A stretch of DNA of 64,000 nt from Armatimonadota bacterium (GCA_963677485.1 OY781964.1:3424001-3488000); one strand, 5' to 3'. Shown: positions 47,282 through 59,083, numbered from the stretch's first letter. The notes: generated by a model from the letters alone, not told the origin. Made by a program: numbers and translations.

Positions 47282-48291
47282 GCGCACTGAGACGCTCGGT
47301 GAGCAGACAAGATGTGGCCGAGTTGGCCGGAGTGTCCCATATCACGGTGACCCGTGTGCTGCAAAACCATCAGTATGTGGCTGAAGAAACAAAGCGGCGA
47401 GTGCTGGAGGCGTGTGAGCAACTGGGTTACCGGTATAACCGCCTGGCCAGCAGCCTGCGCAGCCGACGCAGCCATGTGCTGGCACTGATCAGCGCGCAAC
47501 TGGACATGGAGTATTACGCCCGGCTGTTGCACAGCGTGCAGGAAAGCTGCGCGGAGCTGCAGTACCACGCCATCGTGGCGCAGCTTCCCTGCTTTTCGCC
47601 CGTGGAACAGCAGATGCAGGAGGTGGACTTCCTCATCCAGCGGCAGATCGATGGCTTGATCATCAGCACCGCGTTGGATGACTCTGTGAAGCAGTTCATC
47701 GCCCATGAGCAGTTACCTGCGGTGTTTGTGGAAGACCTGGTGGAGGGGTTCACATGCATCAGCAGTGATGATATCAACGGCAGTATTCACGCCGTGAACT
47801 ACCTGTTGGAGTTAGGTCATCGGCGGATTCTGCATCTCAGCGGGGCGGAGCGTCATCTGACCGCCATACGGCGCAGACAGGGCTACTATACCGCTTATGA
47901 ACAGAGAGGCCTTGAATGCGACCCCTCCCTCACCATCATCACCGATCAGGATGCGCCCAGTGGATACGCATCCACCAAGCGGGCGATAGAGCAGCGGGTG
48001 GATTTCACTGCGATACTGGCGCACAACGACTATGTGGCCGCTGGCAGCCATCTGGCGGTTTACGAATCCGGATTATCAGTGCCAGACGATATCTCTATCG
48101 TGGGTTATGCCGGTGAACGCATCGGCCGGTTCAGCACTCCTCCATTGACCACCGTGTCGCAGCCTATCGAGGAGATCGGGCATCGGGCGGTGCTTAACCT
48201 TGTGGGGCAGTTGGATCACGGTGAGAAGCCCGGTGGGGAGATACTTCTGAGCCAGCGCCTGCTGGTGAGGGGAAGCACGAAGCAAGTATAG
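47278..48291 (+). CDS. LacI family transcriptional regulator
   Basis: DVAELAGVS HTH, VPDDISIVG, PPLTTV. Confidence 0.93.
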   Translation: MSALRRSVSRQDVAELAGVSHITVTRVLQNHQYVAEETKRRVLEACEQLGYRYNRLASSLRSRRSHVLALISAQLDMEYYARLLHSVQESCAELQYHAIVAQLPCFSPVEQQMQEVDFLIQRQIDGLIISTALDDSVKQFIAHEQLPAVFVEDLVEGFTCISSDDINGSIHAVNYLLELGHRRILHLSGAERHLTAIRRRQGYYTAYEQRGLECDPSLTIITDQDAPSGYASTKRAIEQRVDFTAILAHNDYVAAGSHLAVYESGLSVPDDISIVGYAGERIGRFSTPPLTTVSQPIEEIGHRAVLNLVGQLDHGEKPGGEILLSQRLLVRGSTKQV

Positions 48292-48322
48292 AGGAGCAGA
48301 GGAGAACAGGAGGGTAGAAGAC

Positions 48323-50475
48323 ATGTCACCAAAGAATTCAAATACTTCGGGCAGTCATGATGCAATGCGCTCCGAGTTTGAAATACCCCTGTATGAATAC
48401 CAGTCCCGTCCCTTGTGGTTCTGGAACGGGAAACTCAACACCGCTCAAACCCGCCGGATGGTCTTAGCATGCAAACAAGCCGGTTACTACGGCATGGGAA
48501 TCCTGCCCTGCAACGGTATGGGCTATGATTTCATGAGCCCGGCGTTTCTACGACAGTATAAAGCGGCGGTTGATGAAGCTGCCAAACTGGGCATGAAGAT
48601 GTGTCTCTACGACGAGTATTGGTTTCCCAGCGGCTCTGCGGGCGGGCTGATGGCGAAGAAACATCCCGAGGCACTGGGCAAGCGGCTAGATATGGATGCG
48701 ACCGATATATCAGGCCCTGCCCTGTTCTCCAAAACCATACCTTCCGGAGCTCTGATGGGCGTGGTGGCCATGGAGATGGCGACAAAAAACGTCTCGATAT
48801 CACCGCGTCGGTGAGGAATGGCTCGCTGGAATGGTCGGTGCCAGCGGGTGAATGGAAACTGATGATCTTCAGTTGCGTGCCCGATGGCGGCGGTGGTCTG
48901 GTGGACTACCTCGATCCTAAGGCGGTGAGTGCGTTTATCTCTCTCACCTATCAAGCTTACTATGACGCCATGCCCGAACACTTCGGCACGACCATCGACA
49001 CGGCTTTCTATGACGAACCGGCTTTCTACCACGTTCAAGGCGGACGGGCATGGACCGAAAACTTCAATGAACGCTATGAAGCACGCTTCAAGACCAGTCC
49101 CGTTACCCTGTATCCGGCGCTGTGGTTTGACATCGGACCCGATACAGCTGCTGCGCGCAATGCACTGTTTGGAATGCGGACCGAGCTTTATGCCACTGGC
49201 TTCATCAAGACGATCAGCGACTGGTGCAGCGCGCACCACATAGGCCTCACCGGACATGCTGACCAGGAGGAGCTGGCGAATCCTGTGATAGGTTCGGTCG
49301 GTGATCTGATCAAGTCTTTCAAATATCAAAGTATGCCAGGCATCGACCAGGTCTTTGCCTACGGAAGGGCCTCCTGCGCTTATAAAGTGGTGAGTTCCGC
49401 AGCCAATAACTATGATCGCCCGCAGGTGATGGTGGAGTGCTACGGCGGGATGGCTCTGCCCTTGCCCAATCTGTATAAAGAGGCCATGGATCAGTTCGCC
49501 AAGGGCATCAATACGATGGTTCCCCATGCGGTTTGGTATGACCAGCAGCAAATTGTGTTCCAGCCGGATCTGACCCCGGGTTCGGCACTGTATGGCGCGG
49601 AGCTGCCGGTGTACAACCAGTATATCGGGCGCCTGCAACGCATGCTGCAGGGGGGACGCCATGTGGCGGATATCGGGGTTCTGTATCCCATCGCCACGCT
49701 GCAAGCTGGTTCCTGGTTTGGGCCGGGTGACCCCTACCATGGCTGTGTGGAGGTGCCTGAAGCGGACTACATGACGGTGGGTGAGGCATTGTCGCTGGGG
49801 GTTCGGCGCGACTTTACTTATATCCATCCTGAGGTGCTGGATGAGAAATGCACCGTGGACGGCAACCAGATTGTGTTGAAAAACAAGACCAACTGGGAGC
49901 GTTACCGTGTATTTATGATCCCAGGCTCCAAGGCCATCAGCGTCAAAACGCTGCGTAAAGTGAAGAAATTCTACGATCAGGGCGGTCAGGTGATCGCTAC
50001 AACGATGCTTCCCGACACCGCAGCTGAGTTCGGAGCTGATGCCGAGGTGCGCCGGTTAGTTACCGCGATTTTTGGCGATCATAAGGAAGGCCGCAGTAAT
50101 GCAAGAGGCGGTCGATCCTGGTTCGTATCATCGCCGCAGGTGTCAGCACTTAAGTCGATCCTTGAGATGGTATTGCCGGATGGCGATGTGGTATTCGAGC
50201 AGGATGTATCCCCGTCTGGTGGGAATCTGTCGTATATCCACAAAGTAAAAGAGGGTCTGCACATCATCTTTATAGGGAATTCTTCAGACCAAAAGGTAGA
50301 CAGCTGGCTGCGGCTGCGTGGCAAGCTTGCCCCGGAGGTATGGGACCCGCATGACGGTAGGACCGGGCCGTGCGAAGTTCAGCACCTCAAGACTAAAGAC
50401 GGTATCGCCACCCGAGTGCACGTGAGCCTCGACCCGGTTCGATCGGTATTTCTCGTCGGTCCTGCTTTCACGTAA
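48323..50475 (+). pseudogene. GH106-like glycoside hydrolase split by a -1 frame change at about 48784-48790
   Basis: RPLWFWNG and LYDEYWFPSG in the first frame; FYDEP etc. in the second; junction at A_AAA_AAC. Confidence 0.75.
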
Positions 50476-50480
50476 CTTAA

Positions 50481-50648
50481 TTGGCTATGTCCGGGGCGGT
50501 CTGTCAGTACGCCTGTAATGTCCGCAGTGTATAGACCGCGCCGGTCTTGTTCCCGACACAGATCTTTCATGGCTATCCGCCAGACCGGCGCGGTCTTGAG
50601 CCTTGTGCATCCGCTAGCCTACGCACAGACCGCCCCGGACATAGGCAA
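50481..50648. repeat. long palindromic element (MITE-like)
   Basis: 20-bp perfect IR CTATGTCCGGGGCGGTCTGT / ACAGACCGCCCCGGACATAG, inner IR AGACCGCGCCGGTCT / AGACCGGCGCGGTCT. Confidence 0.8.
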
Positions 50649-50692
50649 CGCTTATAGGCATAGAGGCGAACCGCCCTTCGCCCATCTATGGG

Positions 50693-53156
50693 TTACTTCA
50701 CCCTTTGGTAATAGATCAGGTCTGATTTTCGTTTCTCAGCGATACCAAAATCGAGTTGTTTCATCAGCTCTGAGCCCTTCTTTTTCACCTTTTTGCCTGT
50801 GCTGTCGAAACGCAGTTCATACTCCGCATTCTTATCCAGCCCATGCAGTGCGACCTGCACAGTCGAATACGGGCTCTCGTTGTGGCGGGTGATGATGATC
50901 AATCCCTCATCCAAGTCCGCCCGGTGATATTGAGAGGCCATCCAGTCTTTGGAGTTTCTGGAATAAGGCAGCAGCGGATACCAGGCACCGATCAGCAGAT
51001 GACGGACCTCCAGATAGCGTTTCAAGATCGCTTTACCACGCTTCGCATCGAAGTCAGGTGCGTCTGCGATCCATCCCAGACAGAGCGAGGAAGCCATCGT
51101 GGAGTGGAACGAGTAGTCATCCAGCACGTGCAGGTGCTGCACGATCAGGTTGTTGGGCAGATATTGACTCACTCCCCAGTTCTGCGCCTGATCGACGTCA
51201 TAGTCGAACCAGTAGTCGCTGTCCTGGTGCGCGTTCATCCGCGTGATGGTCTCCAGGTCGATGCGGCGTCCTCCGCTGGCACATTCCTCCATGAAAGCAT
51301 CCGGCCAGGTGGTGCGGATTTTATCCCAATATGCATAGAGGCCCTCTATGTATTTCATCTCGGTCATGCCCTGACGGTTTGGTGCGTCATTGAACCGCCA
51401 GTATGGCAGCGGGTCCATGTTGAAGTCCTGACGATAGACCCGGAAGCCGGGCATGTCCATGTAGCCCTTTACGATGTTGAAGAAGTAGTCCTGCACGTCT
51501 TTCAACCCGAAGTTCAGAAGGTATGTGCCGTTCGCGCCTGCCACAGCACCCAGCATCCACTCGGGATGTTCTTTGTTGACGGTCGTGCCGGCCACCACAC
51601 GTTCCGGCTCAAACCACAGGCCGTAGATCATCTTGTTGTCCTTCGCAGCCTGAGCCACCGGAGCCATCCCCTGCGGATACGCGTCCTTGCGCGCATCCCA
51701 GTTGCCTGCGCCTTCAGGCCAGCCGCCCGTGAACCAACCTGCATCGGTCAGCAATGCTTCCAGACCGAGCTTGGAGTATGCCTTGATGAGCGAAATCTGG
51801 TTCTCGGTATTGCACTCGTTGAGCCATCCGCCACCTCGTGTGAAGCAGGTGTTGCAGAAGGGCGTCGGCGGGCTCGGTTTCCCATTTCTGGGGGCAGAGT
51901 AGTGCTTGTAGATGAGCTGCCTGAACTGGGCATTGCTCTCCAGGGTGTCGCCCTGCCAGTGGAAGATGAGGATCCGCGGCGTGCGGACTTTCTCACCTGG
52001 ATGCAGGATGAAGTTAGTCTTCTCAAGCCCTGCTGTCATGTGGAGGGTCTGGTTGTCGACCGTTTCAATGCGCGAGGCCCACTGCCCTGACCATCCCACG
52101 GCGACGATGACTGAGCCATTGCCTGTTTCCACTTTGTAGAACGGGAAGTCTTTGTTTGATGATCGCCCGCCGCCGCCGCTGAGGCTTCGAGCTCCGCTGT
52201 TGTCCAGGGGCTTGATGCTCACCTCATAGTCCGTGGGGGTCGATTGCGCTCCATTGGTGTGGTGGAAGATGTGGATTGATCGGCGACTTCATGCCGATGT
52301 CCATTGCCTGCAAGTTGCTGATGATCGGTGTATCGGAAGTGCCTTTGTTCTCCACATACAGAAGCCACTCCGCTGCAGGGTAATCGCTGAACTTCAGCGC
52401 TTCCCAGGTCAGTTTCAAGCCGGTTGATTCGTCGGTCCAAGTGGTGACAAGCTTCGTTCGGTCTGCATCCAGCGTCTCTGAATGGGACGCCTTGCTCCAA
52501 GTCGAGAGTAACTCGTCACTGGACTTGCCGCCATATGTGAAGGAGAAGGGGTAATCTGAGAGAATTGCGGGGATGGCTCCTTGTGTCATGTCGTCAAGAT
52601 ACACTTTGGCACCCTCTTGTGTGGTGATGTAGGCGTCAGCCCAGTCAGCGTGATCCCATGCGGGACCATCGCCACCGTCGCCCACCAGTAAGTCAAGTAT
52701 TCTAGCACCGCCGGGATTGAGCTCGATGCGTTCTGGTTCCTCACCTACGTTCAGCACCCTGGTCTTGTGCAGAACCTTGCCGTCGACAGACACTGCGAAA
52801 TCCACAGAGCCGAGGCCGCTTTGGCCGGGTGATGACACGTTGACACCAACCCATGCGCTGAAGCCGGTGATGGGAACTGGCGAGTAGACGCGTATCTGGC
52901 TGAAAGAGTGCGTGCCCAGTCCATGTGTGAAATGCCGTGAGCCGATGATCAGGGGCGTTTTGACCACCGACTTGCCGATTTCGAGCGCTTCGTAATCTTG
53001 TTTGATGAGCTGCAGAGTCGGCTGGTTATCCGCTTTTGGGATGTTGTAGGGGACCTTGAACAGAGTTTCTGTGATCAGCTTTGCCGCCGATGCTCCGGTG
53101 ACAGCGGAACACATGAAAATCGTGATGAGGATGCCTGAGAGTATGTAGTGCTTCAT
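50693..53156 (-). pseudogene. NPCBM-domain + GH36-like alpha-galactosidase, frameshifted near 52270
   Basis: HGLGTHS..DHADWAD (NPCBM); DAGWF, GLWFEPE, QDFN, CASGGRR (GH36); the two ORFs are joined by a +1 frame offset. Confidence 0.8.
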
Positions 53157-53402
53157 TTGTGCTTCATGACCCCGTTTTGCGAAATGAACTCATTCTGGCC
53201 GATTTCTCAGCTTGTTTAGTTGAGTATACTAGAGGAACTCGTGAGTGTCCATCGGACGAAAGTGGCCTAATCATTGAGCGACAGCCATATATAGAGTGTG
53301 GCAGGATCATCATTTGCAGACTACAATATCACTACCATCACACGAAAGCTGTGACTCAAACTACGTGTCGCTGAAGCGGAGACGGCCGAAAGGAATTGCA
53401 TA

Positions 53403-56237
53403 GTGTCTATTGACCGACGGAAGTTCTTAAAATCGCTGGGCATACTTGCCGGGGGAGCCGTTGTGAGCCTGAGAGCTGAACCCAGCAGTAGTCATCCGCC
53501 TTTACCGCTTCAGCCATTCACCGTGGAAATGCTGGACATCAACCGCGGCAGTTGGAAGTTTGTGGAGTGGCATGGTCAGCACCTGAAGCTTCCTCATGCG
53601 ATGACCGCTTACGCTTACCCTCCGCGCGACGCGAAGTCTGTGAAGATCAGTTATCTCTGCTGCGACCCGGAGTTTCCGCGTGAGTTCTCGCACGGAGAGA
53701 TGCGCGATGCGGTTTCGGCTGTGGGCAAACTGGGAACAAATCTGCACCACATCAATGAGCCTTACTTTTCGTGCAGCATATCGACCAGCCGAAGCGCGGC
53801 AGGTGTGCTGGAGTGTCAGTTCAATGACATCATGCTGGGGCCAGCGACCACCGGTGACCGCTATGTGGAAGCGCTCTATGTGCTAGCCGACGGGCAGTAC
53901 TATCCCGTATGGCTGGCTCCTGTTGGCGGCGAATCTGTGCCGCCGGTGCGCTTGCTGACTAACCGTGTGGGACACATTTTTACCGGTAAAGAAGATGTGC
54001 GGGTCACATTGGCTGGGCTGGGGAACGACGTTGGACGCGAATTGGCGCTGTCACTGGAGCTCACTGACTACACCACCAAAAAGAACGTCTGGAGTAAAAC
54101 GCTTAGTTTCCGGGTGAAGGCTGGTCAAGTCTCCTTACAGGGGCTTTCCATTCCGATGAAGCAAATGGGCATCTTTGAGCTGAAGGCGGTCTGTGAGGCC
54201 AAAACCATCGGCACACTGCGAATCTGCCGCATTCCCACGGCTCGCAAGATCAGTCCAGATGCGTCGAGTATTGGTATCAACCTGTTCCAGCAGCAGATTT
54301 GGTGGTATGCCTTTCAGGCTCCAATGATGGCGGCGGCGGGTGTGCGTTGGATACGGCCATGGCTGGCGTGGGAGAACACCTGGAATACCCAGCAACCCCA
54401 ACCTGATCAGTGGGATCCGCGTGCTCTGGATGCATCCGTGCGTCGGATGGAGCGGTTTGGGATGAGATACCAGGATATTCTCTATCAAGCCCCGAAGTGG
54501 GTGGCGGGTGATGATTCCTGGGGAGTTCCTCCCTCTGACCGCATGAAGGAGTGGGGTGAGTATGTGTACCGGCTTGTGAGCCGGTACAAAGGGAAAATCA
54601 GGGATTATGAGGTCTGGAATGAGCCAGACGGCATGTGGACATCCGAACCAAACTCAGCCGAACACTACATGGAGCTGCTGAAAACCACCTGGGCAGCCGC
54701 TAAGAAGGCGGATCCTAAGTGCACCATATACGGGTTTTCGCTGGCAGCCAATATCGACTGGCTCAAAAAGGTGTGTGATCTTGGGGCGGCGGAGTATATG
54801 GACGTCGCCACATTCCATACCTATGCCTCGCCTCAAGAGATGCCCGCAGATGCCCTCAAACGCGTCAATGTGCTGAAGAAATACGGGATCAATCGCTATT
54901 GGATCAACGAACTAGGGGCGCCTGCATATGACTTTGATGCCAGGTATACGGCGCAGTTTGACTGCTCTGAGCTGAAGCAGGCGACCACGATTGTGAAGAA
55001 CTATGCTCAGGCCATGGCTTTAAACCCCGATATGAAGGTCTTTTGTTTTTGCACATATGACCCGCGTAACCCGACCTACGAACCGGAATGGACCGGCGAC
55101 GCCGGGATCGGGATTGTCTACCTTGGGTTCCTGCCCAAACTGGCCTATGCGGCCCTGGCTGCTTATGCCAGGATGACAGATGGCAAGCGCTGTCAGGGAA
55201 GGGTGGCGTATCCAAATACCGGTTTGTATCAAGTCTTATTTGATGCTCCGGTGGCTTTTGTCTGGCGTGAGGGCGGGCAATCAACTGATCTAGTGCCTAC
55301 CGGGCAACTGGGTTGCCAAGCCGAGGAACAAATCACCGTTCGAGATATGTATACCAACATCATCAGCACTGGCAAGGCCGGTCAGATCATGCTTGATTTT
55401 GCACATGGGCCCCTGTATATCGAGGGGAGCCATCAGATGGCAGGGCTTGCGGCTGCGAATAACGCCTTCCATGTACAGCCAGATGAGTTGTCTATGGACA
55501 TATCTCGCACGGTAGAGCTGGAGGTCAACCTGCCTTCCAAGTATCCGTTGAATATTGTTTCTCATCCCTACGGGGCTTTCACTCTGCGCGAACTCTCGAA
55601 ATCCGCCCAGAGCCGCAGCTATGCGGTGGAAGCGAAAGCGGCCACTGACCGAGTGAATGGCGTGATCGAGATATCCACTGAGATTCCTGTGGCGGAATAC
55701 GGATTGTCCCAGGCGATCACGATGACGCGGCGAGTGCCTGTCACCGCCAATGGAAGCCCGAACCTGATTTGCGACGGTAGTTTTGGTCGCAGCGATCTGT
55801 CCGCATGGTCGATGGACGGCAAGTCGGACTATCATTTGGACACATCTCAGTATCATTTATTGCCCGGAAGCCTGAAACTGACAGGTCCATTCCTGCAAAG
55901 GCTGGTTCAATGGGATATCATACCGGATCGAAACAGACCGCTGCATCTGAAGTTCTGGGTCAAGTCGCAGAAGCTGGCGGAGTGCAACGTCAACCTCAGC
56001 ATGGCCTGGTTTGGACCTAAAGACTGGATACGGACGACTTGTCTGGCTCAGAACGGTGATATTCAGACTGAAGGGGTCAGCCGGATTCCGCAGAATACCG
56101 AGGGTTGGGAGGCTGTTGAGGCTGTTCTAAAGCCGCCATACATGCCGGAAGAGGCGACTCGCGCAGCCTTTTTGATCGACACTGCCGGCGGTGGTTCTGG
56201 TGCGATCTGGATTGATGACGTCGATATGTGGCAGTGA
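53403..56237 (+). CDS. Tat-exported clan-A (GH39/GH5-like) glycoside hydrolase with C-terminal CBM-like domain
   Basis: DRRKFLK Tat motif, YEVWNEPD, WINELG, IWIDDV. Confidence 0.75.
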   Translation: MSIDRRKFLKSLGILAGGAVVSLRAEPSSSHPPLPLQPFTVEMLDINRGSWKFVEWHGQHLKLPHAMTAYAYPPRDAKSVKISYLCCDPEFPREFSHGEMRDAVSAVGKLGTNLHHINEPYFSCSISTSRSAAGVLECQFNDIMLGPATTGDRYVEALYVLADGQYYPVWLAPVGGESVPPVRLLTNRVGHIFTGKEDVRVTLAGLGNDVGRELALSLELTDYTTKKNVWSKTLSFRVKAGQVSLQGLSIPMKQMGIFELKAVCEAKTIGTLRICRIPTARKISPDASSIGINLFQQQIWWYAFQAPMMAAAGVRWIRPWLAWENTWNTQQPQPDQWDPRALDASVRRMERFGMRYQDILYQAPKWVAGDDSWGVPPSDRMKEWGEYVYRLVSRYKGKIRDYEVWNEPDGMWTSEPNSAEHYMELLKTTWAAAKKADPKCTIYGFSLAANIDWLKKVCDLGAAEYMDVATFHTYASPQEMPADALKRVNVLKKYGINRYWINELGAPAYDFDARYTAQFDCSELKQATTIVKNYAQAMALNPDMKVFCFCTYDPRNPTYEPEWTGDAGIGIVYLGFLPKLAYAALAAYARMTDGKRCQGRVAYPNTGLYQVLFDAPVAFVWREGGQSTDLVPTGQLGCQAEEQITVRDMYTNIISTGKAGQIMLDFAHGPLYIEGSHQMAGLAAANNAFHVQPDELSMDISRTVELEVNLPSKYPLNIVSHPYGAFTLRELSKSAQSRSYAVEAKAATDRVNGVIEISTEIPVAEYGLSQAITMTRRVPVTANGSPNLICDGSFGRSDLSAWSMDGKSDYHLDTSQYHLLPGSLKLTGPFLQRLVQWDIIPDRNRPLHLKFWVKSQKLAECNVNLSMAWFGPKDWIRTTCLAQNGDIQTEGVSRIPQNTEGWEAVEAVLKPPYMPEEATRAAFLIDTAGGGSGAIWIDDVDMWQ

Positions 56238-56353
56238 CGAGGAGATGGGTGTTTTTTCCTGCAGCATGTAAGAGTGGAGGCACAACCTAAACTTCCGTCG
56301 CCTTCTGGTACAATGCGATAAGTGAGCATATACGACCGATTGGAGAAATTGCC

Positions 56354-56686
56354 ATGAACTTGACCGTAACAATGATCGGGGACATCACAGTAGTTGCGAT
56401 CCCGGTGGACCACCTCGATGCTCGCAACGTGAAGGATTTTAAGGTGGCTATCGCCAAGCTGCTCAATGATCACAAGAAGCTGATTATAGATTGTGGCCAT
56501 CTACGTTTCGTAGATAGTTCCGGACTTGGGGGCATCATGTATTGCATGCAAACCCAAACCGCATCAGGGTGCGACCTGAAGTTAGCATCGTTGAACAAAG
56601 GCGTCAGGGCCTTATTTGAGCTGGTGCGGATGCATAAAATGATTGGGATATACAACACAGTTGACGAAGCTGCCAAGGCTTACTAA
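56354..56686 (+). CDS. STAS-domain anti-sigma factor antagonist
   Basis: FVDSSGLG motif, 110 aa. Confidence 0.9.
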   Translation: MNLTVTMIGDITVVAIPVDHLDARNVKDFKVAIAKLLNDHKKLIIDCGHLRFVDSSGLGGIMYCMQTQTASGCDLKLASLNKGVRALFELVRMHKMIGIYNTVDEAAKAY

Positions 56687-56989
56687 AGTGATCATGTGAA
56701 ACCTGTCATCACTATGGTAGTGATTAAGGTTTATTTTCTTCAGGCACGCAACGGTATATCTGAGCATCAAACAGCACCCTTTACTTCATACCGCATTTTC
56801 GCACTCAAAACCGCCTCTGTATATCCGCCAGTTTGAATCTCAATGATCTTCATAGTAGTAATCAACCAGTTTCCCTTGGTTAAAGTCTGCTGTCATGGCG
56901 GCAGGATGCTGCGCGGGCGTGATCTTGCTGGATGACGCGAATATGAGGCAATGAGCGAAGGGCGGCCGGATGGCCGCCCTGAATGGTGG

Positions 56990-58417
56990 CTACTTTGAGT
57001 TCGCGGCGGTGACGAGGGTCCAGTCGTCGGTACGGAACGGGGAGGCTGGAAGGCCATCAGCATTCCACAGGTTGACAATTGGGCAGTAGGCCCAGCCGTA
57101 GCGCACCGCTACGGGAGCGGGTACATCAGCACTGCTGACCTTTACCGACTTACCCACGATGACGGCTTCTGCGTTGTGCCACTTCTTGTCAGCACCGGCG
57201 ATGGTCCAGCCCGTGAGCGGACCGCCCTTGGCGACCAGCCCCTTGCCTGCGAAGTTGAAGCTGACGATCGCCGCTCCGTCTTTGATCTTGATCTCCTTAT
57301 ATTCAGGACCGCGATAAGCCACCTTGCGCTTGTAGGCGATGGCTCGGGCGGCCAATGCCAGGCGTTCACCTACGGGTTGTTTCCATACAGGGTGGATGTT
57401 ATCGGGATCACCGATGTCGGTGATGACCGCCATGGCCGTTTTGGGGCAGTGGAGAGCGGTGAGACGCTGAGCTTCGCGGAGCTCCGCCCATTCGCTTTCC
57501 TGAGGCTGCTTCACAATGGTGCTGAACGGCGCGATCTGAACGAACAGGAAGGGGAAGTCGCCTTGAGCCCAGTCTTTACGCCAGTTATTGATCATTGTGA
57601 TGAAGCGCTGCTCGTAGATGGCTGCGTATCCGGCGTTGGATTCCCCTTGATACCAGATGGCGCCCTTGATGCCGTAGGGGATAAGCGGGGTTATCATGCC
57701 GTTGTAGAGAACAGAAGGGTCATTGGGCTTTTGCGCCCACTCAGGCCAGATCGGTCGATCCTTGGTCCACTGTGCTTTATCTTTAGGATCAAGCACCAAG
57801 GGGCTGGTCCAGGCCTCCACACGGGTACCGCCCAAGCTTGAGTGAATCAGGCCAATAGGCACCTTCTCGTCCCGCTGCATGGCTCGACCAAAGAAATAGC
57901 CTACTCCAGTGAAGTATTGCACTGTATCCGGGTTGCACAGCTGCCAGCTCTGTTTGACGTCGTCTATTGGGGTAGCTGAGATGGTGGATGGCACCGTATA
58001 CAGCCGGATCATGGGGTTCGTGGAAGTCGCGATGGCCTCTTTACCACCATCTGACTGTGATAGCCATAACTGCATGTTGCTTTGGCCGCTGCAGACCCAC
58101 ACATCACCCACCAGAAGGTTCTTGATGGTGATCTTGTTGTTACCTGTGACCACCATGTCGAAAGGTCCGCCCGCTTTCACGGATTTCAGACGCACCATCC
58201 ACTTGCCCTGAGCGGCCACGGTGCTGGCGGTTTGCCCACAGAACTGCACGGTGACCTTCTCACCCTCAGCGGCGGTGCCATACACGGGCAGGCTGATGCC
58301 GCGCTGCAGCACCGCGTTCTCAGTGAAGAGGGAGTGCATGGCTACATCGGCCCAGAGGGGCGTGGAGGCCACACAGACGGCTGCCGCCAGAGCGACGGCG
58401 AAACCAGATGACTTCAT
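56990..58417 (-). CDS. sialate O-acetylesterase (SASA) family, secreted
   Basis: GDVWVCSGQSNM, WYQGESN, DNIHP, LPASPFRTD. Confidence 0.92.
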   Translation of the reverse strand: MKSSGFAVALAAAVCVASTPLWADVAMHSLFTENAVLQRGISLPVYGTAAEGEKVTVQFCGQTASTVAAQGKWMVRLKSVKAGGPFDMVVTGNNKITIKNLLVGDVWVCSGQSNMQLWLSQSDGGKEAIATSTNPMIRLYTVPSTISATPIDDVKQSWQLCNPDTVQYFTGVGYFFGRAMQRDEKVPIGLIHSSLGGTRVEAWTSPLVLDPKDKAQWTKDRPIWPEWAQKPNDPSVLYNGMITPLIPYGIKGAIWYQGESNAGYAAIYEQRFITMINNWRKDWAQGDFPFLFVQIAPFSTIVKQPQESEWAELREAQRLTALHCPKTAMAVITDIGDPDNIHPVWKQPVGERLALAARAIAYKRKVAYRGPEYKEIKIKDGAAIVSFNFAGKGLVAKGGPLTGWTIAGADKKWHNAEAVIVGKSVKVSSADVPAPVAVRYGWAYCPIVNLWNADGLPASPFRTDDWTLVTAANSK

Positions 58418-58453
58418 GTTATTTGATACCTCAATGAATTTGATGAGTGATGC

Positions 58454-59083
58454 TTAAGCTAAGCCAGTGGCCTTGAGCCATGACTGTGCGATCAAACTGT
58501 GGCCTGCACTGGTGGGGTGTACCCCGTCGGATGCCCAGTAGGACAAACCGGTGTGGCAGGCTGCCGCTGCGAAAATGCCATCCATGGGGATGTAGATGGC
58601 GTCATACTTCTGTGCCAGGGCCCGCGCGACGTGGATTTTGGGGTCGAGGTCTTCACGCCAGTCATTTTGAGCAGGGGACACCGGCATTAGAAATGGCTCG
58701 ATGATGACTATCTTGGCGTCAAGCTCTGTTTTGACACGCTCCAGGATGGTGCCGAAGTTCTGGGCATACTCTTCGGTGGATGTGGGGACGTTGCTGTCAT
58801 ACCGACGCCAGGTGTCGTTGACGCCGATGAGGATGGAGACGACATCGGGTTTTAGGTCGATGCAGTCCTCCGTCCACCTGTTGACCAGGTCGATGCTCCT
58901 GTCACCGCTGATACCACGGTTCAGGATGGTGATGTTGTGGGCAGGGTGTGCGGCGGAGAGCTGGCCCTGGATAAACATCGGGTATCCGCCGCCCAGCTCC
59001 GCATCGTTGGTGCGGCTGCGACCGGCGTCGGTGACGCTGTCACCCTGGAACAGTATGGTTAGGTTGGTATATGGATCTATCAT
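58454..59083 (-). CDS. SGNH/GDSL hydrolase
   Basis: FQGDSVTD, NRGISG, GVND, DGVHP; GGAGG RBS before 59083. Confidence 0.92.
   Translation of the reverse strand: MIDPYTNLTILFQGDSVTDAGRSRTNDAELGGGYPMFIQGQLSAAHPAHNITILNRGISGDRSIDLVNRWTEDCIDLKPDVVSILIGVNDTWRRYDSNVPTSTEEYAQNFGTILERVKTELDAKIVIIEPFLMPVSPAQNDWREDLDPKIHVARALAQKYDAIYIPMDGIFAAAACHTGLSYWASDGVHPTSAGHSLIAQSWLKATGLA

Noticed and set aside
48607-49827. 406-aa minus-strand ORF
   Set aside because: Antisense shadow of the GH106-like gene
50843-52090. 415-aa plus-strand ORF
   Set aside because: Antisense shadow of the GH36 gene with no motifs
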